DNA of 64,000 nucleotides, taken from the NCBI GenBank assembly GCA_035502455.1, contig DATJUI010000014.1, forward strand, positions 6,365 to 70,364. Direction: 5' to 3'. The notes under the pieces were generated by a model. It was not told the DNA's origin, did no database searches, and saw nothing but the letters and a program-made list of their open reading frames with translations. Position 1 is the stretch's first letter. Each line of letters starts with the position of its first letter. The stretch comes from Thermoplasmata archaeon (GTDB lineage Archaea; Thermoplasmatota; Thermoplasmata; Lutacidiplasmatales; UBA184). The translations under genes and the position numbers were made by a program. This document shows, piece by piece, positions 56,496 to 64,000 of the stretch.

Positions 56496-57038
56496 ATGCC
56501 GGCCCGCAGCCCGAACCCCCGCGTCGCGAGGAGACCCTCGGCGAGGAGTCGCCAGCGGCGTTCTCCGCCGTCGTGGGTCTACGTTGTGGATCGAGGGACG
56601 GTGCTCGACGCGCCGCTCGAGGTCGTGTGGGATTTTATGAAGAACGACGAGGAGTTCCACCCCCAGGCTCACGCCGCCACCCTGCGGAATCTCGAGGTCG
56701 AGCGCCTATCGGAGCTGACCCATCTCATCCGTTGCGAGATGCGCGTCGCGGGCCGGTGGAGAACGATCGTCTCTCGGCTCACCGAGATCCGCCCGGCCGT
56801 GAGGATCGACGAAGAGATCGAAGGACCGTTCGCCGGTTCGAAGAAGGTCTTCCTCTACTCCCCTCGGGGGGACAAGACCTCCCTCGAGGTGCACTGCTAC
56901 ATGCGGTCGTCCGAGCATTCGCCGGGGGAGATCCGGCGGAGCGTCCTGCGAGAGCTCGCGACGAACCACGCGGAGGACGTACCCTACTTGCGCCTCTTCG
57001 CTCGGAAACGGCGCGCGGACCGAGACGCGCCGACGTGA
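56496..57038 (+). CDS. START/SRPBCC-like protein, paralog 2
   Basis: DRGTVLDAPLEVVWDF...AH...IEGPFAGSK..LYSPRG. Confidence 0.7.
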   Translation: MPARSPNPRVARRPSARSRQRRSPPSWVYVVDRGTVLDAPLEVVWDFMKNDEEFHPQAHAATLRNLEVERLSELTHLIRCEMRVAGRWRTIVSRLTEIRPAVRIDEEIEGPFAGSKKVFLYSPRGDKTSLEVHCYMRSSEHSPGEIRRSVLRELATNHAEDVPYLRLFARKRRADRDAPT

Positions 57039-57340
57039 TCGGCGGCCGCTGCAGGTCCCACCCCGCACGGCCCCCGGCCGAGAGCCGTCGGGATACGCGC
57101 CGGCCGCGAGCCCCCTCCGCCCGAGCGTTCGAACCCGGTCTCGGGGTCGCGGCCCCGGGGGGTGCGTGCGCGTGAGGGCATCGAGGAGGTCATCGGACGA
57201 CCTCGCGAGACGCGATGGATCGACCGGTCCGCCCGGGTACGCCGCGGTCCGACCGGTTCAGCGGAGCCCCGTACCGGGCGCCTGGGCGTACCCTTCGGTG
57301 CCCCGAGCAGCGGACCGGCGAGGGAAGGGGCGGTCCCGGA

Positions 57341-57790
57341 TCATCGGGTCGCGCCCTTGACCTTCAGGAACTCGGCGCGGATCACCGGCGCGTCGTCGCG
57401 GAACTCGGAGTCCAGGAACTCGCGCGCGGCCGCCTCCACCTCTTCGGGGGGCAGCGTCTTCGAGGTGAACTCCCCGTACACATCGATCCGGGTCCGCTCC
57501 CCCTGCGGGGCGTAGACGTAGACGAGCTTCGAGCCGGCGAGCACGCCTTCCAGCCACTCGGTGACCACCGAGACCGGCGGGAACATGGAGATCCGCATCC
57601 GGTCGGGGGCCCACTTCCCCCGCAGCAGTCGCTCGGAGCCGTAGAGGATCGTGATGTCGGAGACCTTCTCGAACTTCGGGTTCCGGGTCGTCTTGTGCGC
57701 GGCGTCGTGCGCCTTGCCCCCGAAGATGTACTTCCAGACGAAATCGATCGGCGCCTCGAAGACACTTCCCTCATCCTTTACGTAGACCAT
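57341..57790 (-). CDS. START/SRPBCC-like protein, paralog 3
   Basis: DEGSVFEAPIDFVWKY...AHDAAH...FPP....LEGVLAGSK..VYAPQG. Confidence 0.75.
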   Translation of the reverse strand: MVYVKDEGSVFEAPIDFVWKYIFGGKAHDAAHKTTRNPKFEKVSDITILYGSERLLRGKWAPDRMRISMFPPVSVVTEWLEGVLAGSKLVYVYAPQGERTRIDVYGEFTSKTLPPEEVEAAAREFLDSEFRDDAPVIRAEFLKVKGATR

Positions 57791-57832
57791 CGGCCGTCCC
57801 CGCCCGTCGGATCGGTATCGGGTTCACCCTAT

Positions 57833-58312
57833 ATGGGACCGCAGGCGAAGCAAAGTATACCTGGCCGCCGCGCCCGGTCGCGGCGCGCCGAGCGGCTTCG
57901 GGTCCGGCTCAACTTCTCCGCCTATCCGGTCCAGGCGAGCCTCGGCGTGCTGGGGCGCAAGTGGGCCCTCCTCGTCCTGATGAACATCGCGCTCGGCCGA
58001 GCGCGGAGGTTCAACGAACTGCTGCGGTCGACCCCCGGGATGAGCAAGCGGGTGCTGGTCATGCGTCTCAACGAGCTCGAGCGGAACGGGTTCATCGCCC
58101 GCTCGGCCCAGCGGCCGGGGTACGCGGTCTGGCAGCTCACCCCGAAGGGAACCGACGTCCTCCCCGTGCTGCTGACCCTGATCCACTTCGGCTCGAAGTG
58201 GAACCCGAGCGGCGGCCCCCCGGGGAAAGCTCCCCCACTGCTCGGCCGGGAGTTCGAGGTCGTCTACCGGGAGACGGCCGGTTCCGGGGCCGGCGGTGAA
58301 CGGACCGGTTGA
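57833..58312 (+). CDS. HxlR-family winged-helix regulator (start uncertain)
   Basis: PVQASLGVLGRKWALLVL, RRFNEL...PGMSKRVLVMRLNELE, LTPKG..VLPVL. Confidence 0.88.
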   Translation: MGPQAKQSIPGRRARSRRAERLRVRLNFSAYPVQASLGVLGRKWALLVLMNIALGRARRFNELLRSTPGMSKRVLVMRLNELERNGFIARSAQRPGYAVWQLTPKGTDVLPVLLTLIHFGSKWNPSGGPPGKAPPLLGREFEVVYRETAGSGAGGERTG

Positions 58313-58513
58313 GCCGTCGTTCGGACCCGAGGGGGCGAGGGCCGGCCACCAGCGGCTCGGGAGAGCCCCGGAGCGCCCGGAGGGAGGGCGTCGGCCGGCC
58401 GTCCGCACGCGCCCTCCCGGGCCCCCACGATCGCTCCCACCCCCCGCGGCGCGTCGGGGGGTGGTTCGACTCGCCGCTATCAGGGCCGGGGCCTGTCGGG
58501 AGCCGCCCGATCG

Positions 58514-58903
58514 ATGTCGAACCCCCCCTTCCTCGTTCGGTCCCCTCGTCCGCCGCGCGTGCTCGATCGCCTCGGCTCGGTCATCGCTCGGGTGCCCCGC
58601 GGGAAGGTCATCACGTACGGCGAGGTCGCGCGGGCCGCCGGGTTCCCCCGCGCCCCCCGGCTCACGGTCCGGGCCTTGCGGACCGGCCCCGGTCTCCCGT
58701 GGCACCGGGTGGTCGCCGCCGGCGGCCGGATCGCGCTGCCCGGAGCGGCCGGCGCGGAGCAGCGACTTCGCCTCGAGCTCGAGGGGGTCACGTTCCGCCG
58801 CGGGCGCGTGGCGATGGCGCTCCATGCGTGGGCGCCCCGTCCGGCGCGTCGGGACCCCGCGCGCCGGGGAGTCCGTTCGACCGGCGGACGGATCCGCCGG
58901 TGA
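58514..58903 (+). CDS. Alkyltransferase-like protein (ATL, MGMT family)
   Basis: VPRGKVITYGEVA, PWHRVV (Trp replaces the catalytic Cys), QRLRLELEGV. Confidence 0.88.
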   Translation: MSNPPFLVRSPRPPRVLDRLGSVIARVPRGKVITYGEVARAAGFPRAPRLTVRALRTGPGLPWHRVVAAGGRIALPGAAGAEQRLRLELEGVTFRRGRVAMALHAWAPRPARRDPARRGVRSTGGRIRR

Positions 58904-58904
58904 T

Positions 58905-60332
58905 CTAGGGGGTCCAGGTCGGGCCGCCGTACCCGGGCGGGGGCGTCTCGGGGTGCGGCCCGCCGAACGGGTCGGGTCGCTCCTCGGCGGGGCGCGCGTG
59001 CTTCTGGGCCAGGTACGCGTCGATCGCCGCCGCCGCCCGCTCGCCCGCTCCCATGGCGTGCACGACCGACCGGCCGCCCGTGGCGAAGACGCCCGGCACG
59101 TCGGTCATCCAGCCCTCGCGCTTTCCCTCGGGCCAGCCCATCGAGGCGAACTTGAAGTCGAGGTCGGGATCGAACCCGGTCACGTCGGCCTTCTCGCCGA
59201 CCGCGACGATGATCATGTCGCAGTCGATCGTCTCCTCGGAGTTGGGGACGGTCACGAGCGTGCGCCGGCCCTTCTCGTCCGGCGGCCCGTGCTCGGTCCG
59301 CTGGACGACGAGGCCCGTCACGTGGTCGCTCCCGAGGATCGCCATCGGGGACCGGTAGAACACGTACTCGACGCCCTCGATCTCCCCGCCGGTCCGCTCC
59401 TCTTCGGTCGCCTTCATGTCCTCGGGTCCCCGCCGGTAGACGAGCTTCACGTCGCCGCCGCCCGACAGGCGACGCGCCGAACGGGCCGCATCGAGCGCGA
59501 CGTCCCCGGCCCCGATGACGATGATCTTCCGCTCGTGGCGTCCGAAGAGGCCCCCCGGCCCCATGTTGACCGCGAGGAGGAACGGGAGCGCGTGGTAGAC
59601 CCCCGGCAGGTGCTCGCCCGGGATGCCGAGCTCGCGGGCGGAAGAGGCGCCGACGGAGACGAGCACCGCCTCGTACCCCTCCGCGAGCAGGCTCTTCGGC
59701 GTGTAGTCGACGCCGGCCTTGCGCCCGCCGAGGAACGTGATGTCGAGGTTCTTCCACCGGGCGAGGTCGGTGTCGAGGTCGTCCGCGTCGAGGTGGTAGC
59801 GCGGGATCGTGTTGATCTGCCCGCCGAGGAACGGTTCGGTCTCGAAGACCGTCACCGAGTAGCCGCGCACCCCGAGGTCCCAGGCGGCCATGAGACCGGT
59901 CGGACCGGCGCCGACGACCGCGATCCGCTCGTGCTTCGGCTTCGACGGCACGTAGAGGAGGTCGGACTTCCCGTACTGGAGCGCCGCCCGCTTGAGGTGC
60001 CGGATCGCGATCGGCACCCCGCGGCCGCTCATGATGCAGTCGTCCTCGCAGAAGTGATAGCACGTCTTGCAGAGGACGGTCGCGAGCGGGTTCTCGCGGA
60101 GCGTGAGACGGGCCGCGCCGTCGAAGTCCCGACGGGCGATCAGATCGTTGTAGCCCTTGCAGTCCTGGGTGATCGGGCAGCCCTGCACGCAGTACGGCAT
60201 CGCGCACTGGAGGCATCGCTGTCCCTCGAGGACCGCTTCCTCGAGCGTGTACGGCTGGTCGATGAGCGCGAACTTCTCGACGCGCTCCTCGGGCGTCTCC
60301 TCCTCGATCGGCACTCGCACGTAGCGGTCCAT
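58905..60332 (-). CDS. GltD/SudA-like NAD(P)-dependent FAD/Fe-S oxidoreductase
   Basis: RCLQCAMPYCVQGCP, LCKTC..FCEDDC, VGAGPTG, IGAGDVALD, YRR. Confidence 0.85.
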   Translation of the reverse strand: MDRYVRVPIEEETPEERVEKFALIDQPYTLEEAVLEGQRCLQCAMPYCVQGCPITQDCKGYNDLIARRDFDGAARLTLRENPLATVLCKTCYHFCEDDCIMSGRGVPIAIRHLKRAALQYGKSDLLYVPSKPKHERIAVVGAGPTGLMAAWDLGVRGYSVTVFETEPFLGGQINTIPRYHLDADDLDTDLARWKNLDITFLGGRKAGVDYTPKSLLAEGYEAVLVSVGASSARELGIPGEHLPGVYHALPFLLAVNMGPGGLFGRHERKIIVIGAGDVALDAARSARRLSGGGDVKLVYRRGPEDMKATEEERTGGEIEGVEYVFYRSPMAILGSDHVTGLVVQRTEHGPPDEKGRRTLVTVPNSEETIDCDMIIVAVGEKADVTGFDPDLDFKFASMGWPEGKREGWMTDVPGVFATGGRSVVHAMGAGERAAAAIDAYLAQKHARPAEERPDPFGGPHPETPPPGYGGPTWTP

Positions 60333-60481
60333 GAACGGTCCGTACCCCGGTGGACTAGGGAACCTGCCCCGTTTCCACAGACGGATGCGCTATATCGTTC
60401 ACGGGTCCGGAGTGCGAACCCGGCGCACGCCCCGTCGCTTAAGGGTCCGCGCGGGCTCCGGCGGAGCGGCGGGCGTCGCGC

Positions 60482-60868
60482 ATGACCGAGTACCGAAAGC
60501 TCTCGCGAGCCGAAGAGGCGGTGATCGTCCACAAGGGGACCGAGCGGCCGTTCTCGGGCGAGTACGAGCGGTTCGACGGCGTCGGCACCTACGCGTGCAA
60601 GCGGTGCGGGGCGCCCCTCTACCGATCGGACGACAAGTTCGATGCGGGCTGTGGATGGCCGAGCTTCGACTCCGAGGTGCCGGGCGCGGTCCGGCGCGTG
60701 CCGGATGCCGACGGCGAGCGGACGGAGATCGAGTGCGCCCGATGCGGAGGGCACCTCGGGCACGTCTTCGAAGGCGAGCGGTTCACTCCCAAGAACACCC
60801 GGCACTGCGTCAACTCGATCTCGCTCGTCTTTCTTCCCTCGGCCGCGGCCGACCGGCTCCCGAAGTAG
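60482..60868 (+). CDS. msrB: Methionine-R-sulfoxide reductase
   Basis: [37 protein letters not shown]. Confidence 0.96.
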   Translation: MTEYRKLSRAEEAVIVHKGTERPFSGEYERFDGVGTYACKRCGAPLYRSDDKFDAGCGWPSFDSEVPGAVRRVPDADGERTEIECARCGGHLGHVFEGERFTPKNTRHCVNSISLVFLPSAAADRLPK

Positions 60869-60941
60869 CAGGGCGACCCGGTCAAGCGGCGTTCACCCGA
60901 CGTTCAAGTCCTCGGCCGCGATCGGAGCTTGGGAGCATCCC

Positions 60942-61502
60942 ATGGCGGCGAACGGATCGGCGGTCGTCCTGCGGACGGGCGAGACCGTTCGGATCCGGCG
61001 CTTGACCGGGAACGACCGCGCCCCGCTCCGTCGCTTCCTCGAGGGGTTCGGCCGCGAGTCGCTCGCCACGCGGTTCTTCGGTGCGGTCACGGTCGAGGCG
61101 ATCCTCGAACCGATGCTCGACCTCTCCGACGCGGCGTCCCGCCGGGCCCTCGTCCTCACGAGCGCCGACGGAGCGACCATCCTCGCGCAGGCCGAGTACC
61201 TGCGCGATCGTCCGGGCTCCGACCGGGCCGAGGTCGCCTTCCTGGTCTCCGAGGCGCTCCAGGGACGCGGGTGCGCGACGCTCCTGCTGAAGGCGCTCGC
61301 GGCCGAGGCGGTCGCCGAGGGAATCCGCGAGTTCCACGCGGAGGTCCTCGCGGACAACGACCGGATGCTCGAGGTGTTCCGGGACGCGGGCTTCCCGTAC
61401 CATCCCCACTTCGTCGCCGGGGCGATCGAGGTGCGACTCGACCTGGCGGGGCCGAAGGGCGTCCGCGGGAGCTCCGCTCCGCCCTCCGCGGTGGTCGCGT
61501 AG
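60942..61502 (+). CDS. GNAT acetyltransferase (stand-alone Pat-type domain)
   Basis: VRIRRL...RFFG, AEVAFLVS..LQGRG.AT.LL, EVLADNDRML.VF. Confidence 0.85.
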   Translation: MAANGSAVVLRTGETVRIRRLTGNDRAPLRRFLEGFGRESLATRFFGAVTVEAILEPMLDLSDAASRRALVLTSADGATILAQAEYLRDRPGSDRAEVAFLVSEALQGRGCATLLLKALAAEAVAEGIREFHAEVLADNDRMLEVFRDAGFPYHPHFVAGAIEVRLDLAGPKGVRGSSAPPSAVVA

Positions 61503-61566
61503 CGGGCGTAGGTTGCTTACCGCGCCGTGCGTGGCGGTTTATCTGGCCGAACGTCCATCCCCGGTC

Positions 61567-61743
61567 ATGCCGAAGGTCGAGATCAAATCGATCGAGAACG
61601 GCCCGAACCTGGTGCTGATCGACGGGAAAGCGGACGTCGCGCTGTGCCGATGCGGTCAGTCGTCGCGCAAACCCCTGTGCGACGGGACCCACCGCCAGGT
61701 GAACTTCCGCGCCGCCGGGGCCTCGACGACCGTCCTCCAGTAG
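61567..61743 (+). CDS. CDGSH iron-sulfur domain protein
   Basis: NGPNL...LCRCGQS.RKPLCDGTH. Confidence 0.92.
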   Translation: MPKVEIKSIENGPNLVLIDGKADVALCRCGQSSRKPLCDGTHRQVNFRAAGASTTVLQ

Positions 61744-61770
61744 GAGCCCCGCACGTCGGGTCGTCGCCGC

Positions 61771-62718
61771 TCAGCGGACGGCGAGCACGGTCTTCCCCAC
61801 GGCGGTGCGGGCGCGGCTCTCGGCGATCGCGCGGGGCCCGTCCGCGAGCGGGAGCACCCGGGTGACCGGCACCGTCAGCGAGCCCGCGACGACCGCGGAG
61901 AACAGGCGCTCGAGCGTCTCCGCCCGAGGCTGAAAGTCGAGGTTCACGCGGCGTACCCCGTCGATCCGGCCCGCCGCCTCGTCGGCGACGAACATCGTGG
62001 TCACCGCGACCCCGCCGCGGCGGACGAGGGCGGCGAGCCGGGCGAACGTCGGCCGGTCGCTCCCCGCATCGAGCAGGCCCGAGAGCCCGTCGCCGTGGGC
62101 GCGCCGCACCCGATCGGCGAGGTCGCCTTCGGCCGGGTCGAGCACCTCGGCCGCGCCGAGCCCCTGGAGGAGGCCGCGGGACGCCGGACGGGCGGTGGCG
62201 ATCACGTGCACCCCCGACGCCGCCGCGAGCGCGGTCGCGATCGAGCCGACCCCGCCGGAGGCGCCGACGACGAGCAGCGTCGCGCCGCGTCCGAGCGCGA
62301 GCTCGTCGAGCGCCCCGAGCGCGGTCATCCCCGACGTCGGGAGCGCGGCGGCCGAGCGAGCCGAAAGGCCATCCGGGATTCGCGCGAGCGCGAGCCGTTC
62401 GGGGGCTGCGGTCCACTCGGCGTACGTCCCCGTACCGACCGGGTCGTGAAGGACCTGGCCCGCCACCCGCTCGCCCACGTGGAAGCGCCGGACCGCGCCG
62501 CCGACCGCCGCGACGGTGCCCGCACCGTCCAGCCCGACGACGAGTGGGAACACGTGGGGCCGTCGCCCCTCGAAGAGGCCGTCGATCAGCTTCCAGTCGA
62601 ACGGGTTCACCCCCGCCGCCTCGAGACGGATCAGGATCTCGTCGTCCTTCGGCTCGGGCGTCGGCAGCTCCATCAGCTCGGGGACGGTTCGGAACGCCCG
62701 GACCGCGACCGCCCGCAC
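61771..62718 (-). CDS. NADP-dependent oxidoreductase (MDR/quinone reductase family)
   Basis: GVNPFDWK, GLDGAG, GTYAEW, VGASGGVG, GKTVL. Confidence 0.9.
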   Translation of the reverse strand: MRAVAVRAFRTVPELMELPTPEPKDDEILIRLEAAGVNPFDWKLIDGLFEGRRPHVFPLVVGLDGAGTVAAVGGAVRRFHVGERVAGQVLHDPVGTGTYAEWTAAPERLALARIPDGLSARSAAALPTSGMTALGALDELALGRGATLLVVGASGGVGSIATALAAASGVHVIATARPASRGLLQGLGAAEVLDPAEGDLADRVRRAHGDGLSGLLDAGSDRPTFARLAALVRRGGVAVTTMFVADEAAGRIDGVRRVNLDFQPRAETLERLFSAVVAGSLTVPVTRVLPLADGPRAIAESRARTAVGKTVLAVR

Positions 62719-62810
62719 GGGCGCGGGAGTCCCCGGCGGTATGAAAGCCGCCCGGGGGCCGTCGGACCGGCACGTGGCTTCATATCCCGGGAGCGCCGCA
62801 CCCGGGCGCG

Positions 62811-63260
62811 ATGACGGCCGGCGGACCGATCCCGTACGCCCCGGGCAGAGCCGCCGGCACGGACCCGTTCCGTCGGGCTCGCTCCCGGCTCCGCTGGATC
62901 GTCCTCGCCGTCGCCTCGGCGCTGATCGTCGGGGCGTTGCTCGTGCTGCTCCTGTTCCTGTATCCGACCTGGTTCGGTCTCCCCGCCACCCCCGCGGGCC
63001 GGTTCGGCCTGTTCGGCGGGGTCTTCGTGCTGTTCTTCGTCCTGATCCTGGTCTTCTTCGTGGTCCGGGTCGCGTTCTGGGGGAGCCGGCTGGGACGGCC
63101 CGGCTACGGCCCCCGCCGAGGCGGTCCGTACGCGGGCGGGCCCTACGGACCCAATCGCCCCGTGATGATCGCCCGCATGCGCTACGCGCGCGGAGAGATC
63201 ACGAAGGATCAGTACGACCAGCTCCTCGCGGACCTCGAGCGCGGACCGCGAGCGCCTTAG
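62811..63260 (+). CDS. Membrane protein with C-terminal SHOCT domain
   Basis: Two TM helices; ARMRYARGEITKDQYDQLLADL. Confidence 0.85.
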   Translation: MTAGGPIPYAPGRAAGTDPFRRARSRLRWIVLAVASALIVGALLVLLLFLYPTWFGLPATPAGRFGLFGGVFVLFFVLILVFFVVRVAFWGSRLGRPGYGPRRGGPYAGGPYGPNRPVMIARMRYARGEITKDQYDQLLADLERGPRAP

Positions 63261-63284
63261 CCTTCCGGGGGGTCGTCGCGCCGC

Positions 63285-63752
63285 ATGATGGCCAACGTCC
63301 CGCCCCCGTCGTCGCGGGAGGTCAGGGCGACCGTGGTCGCCCTTGGGGTCGCCGTGGTCGTCGGCGTGATCCTCTTCTCGGGCGTGTTCCCCGGCCTGCA
63401 CCCGGACTATTCCCCACTCACGACGGTCTCGTACGGGGGGCACGCGTACTACTGGACCCTCTACGGCTTTTCCCGGCCGATCCCCCCGGCCAGCTCGACG
63501 CCCCCGGTCTCGGTCACCTTCCACAACGTCACGTTCTCGCTCTGGGTGACGAGCTGGTGGACGATCCCGATCGGCACGCTCCACGTGAACGCGACCGAGC
63601 CGAACGGGACGACCGTTAGCTGGGCGCTCGGAGGACCGCTCAACACGGCGAACCGGACGACGCTCGCGTTCTCGCCGGACGGGACGGTCGGCGCCTACTG
63701 GAACGGGGCGTGGCAGGCGGAGCTGCTGGTCCTCGCTCCGACGGGTGCCTGA
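63285..63752 (+). CDS. Hypothetical membrane-anchored protein
   Basis: N-terminal TM helix, beta-rich ectodomain with N-x-S/T sequons (NVT, NAT, NGT, NRT). Confidence 0.65.
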   Translation: MMANVPPPSSREVRATVVALGVAVVVGVILFSGVFPGLHPDYSPLTTVSYGGHAYYWTLYGFSRPIPPASSTPPVSVTFHNVTFSLWVTSWWTIPIGTLHVNATEPNGTTVSWALGGPLNTANRTTLAFSPDGTVGAYWNGAWQAELLVLAPTGA

Positions 63753-64000
63753 CTGCTCCCGCGTCCGCGCCGGCTTCACCCCCGGCGGCGGCTCCGCGCC
63801 CCGCGAACGAGCCCGCGCTCGGGCCGCCCCGCCGCCTGCGTTCGGATCGGTGGGGCGGAACCGGATGTTTCGCGGGTTCCTCGCGACCCGGATCGAGGCG
63901 ACCGTCGGCGATTCGGTCTACGCGAGCCCGGACGTCCGGCTCGCCGACACCGTCTCGCGCTCGTTCCGGGTCGTCGGGGCGGCGCGGTGCCTCGAGATCG

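Noticed and set aside
57060-57150. Another intron-split tRNA around TTCGAAC
   Set aside because: No matching acceptor, D or anticodon arm, and a poor BHB; more likely hairpins between convergent genes

Overview
Very GC-rich archaeal chromosome segment. TBP, aIF-1A, class I CCA enzyme, archaeal GluRS, Cdc6, Rpp21, Bud32 and Tsr3 are present, and the gene set is most consistent with a Thermoplasmata archaeon (inference). Most of the window is housekeeping and metabolism: beta-oxidation/ETF genes, lipoyl synthase, tRNA/rRNA maturation enzymes, a DtxR-regulated metal ABC operon and a NitT/TauT-type ABC system. A detox/repair accessory block lies beside tRNA-Leu(CAA). Main discovery: the apparent intergenic gap 52408-52730 is a tandem tRNA-Gln(CUG) and tRNA-Leu(UAG) locus on the minus strand carrying three non-canonical introns (T-loop 59/60 in both, plus D-loop 21/22 in Leu). 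Each intron sits in a bulge-helix-bulge motif, and removing them yields complete cloverleaves. Second highlight: a 907-aa B-family heme-copper oxidase fusing subunit I, a CuA-less subunit II and a degenerate blue-copper-like domain. Also noted are a three-member paralogous START-like family and several small proteins missing from the ORF track. No CRISPR array, integrase or transposase was seen. Starts were chosen by eye and all family calls are motif-based, without database searches.
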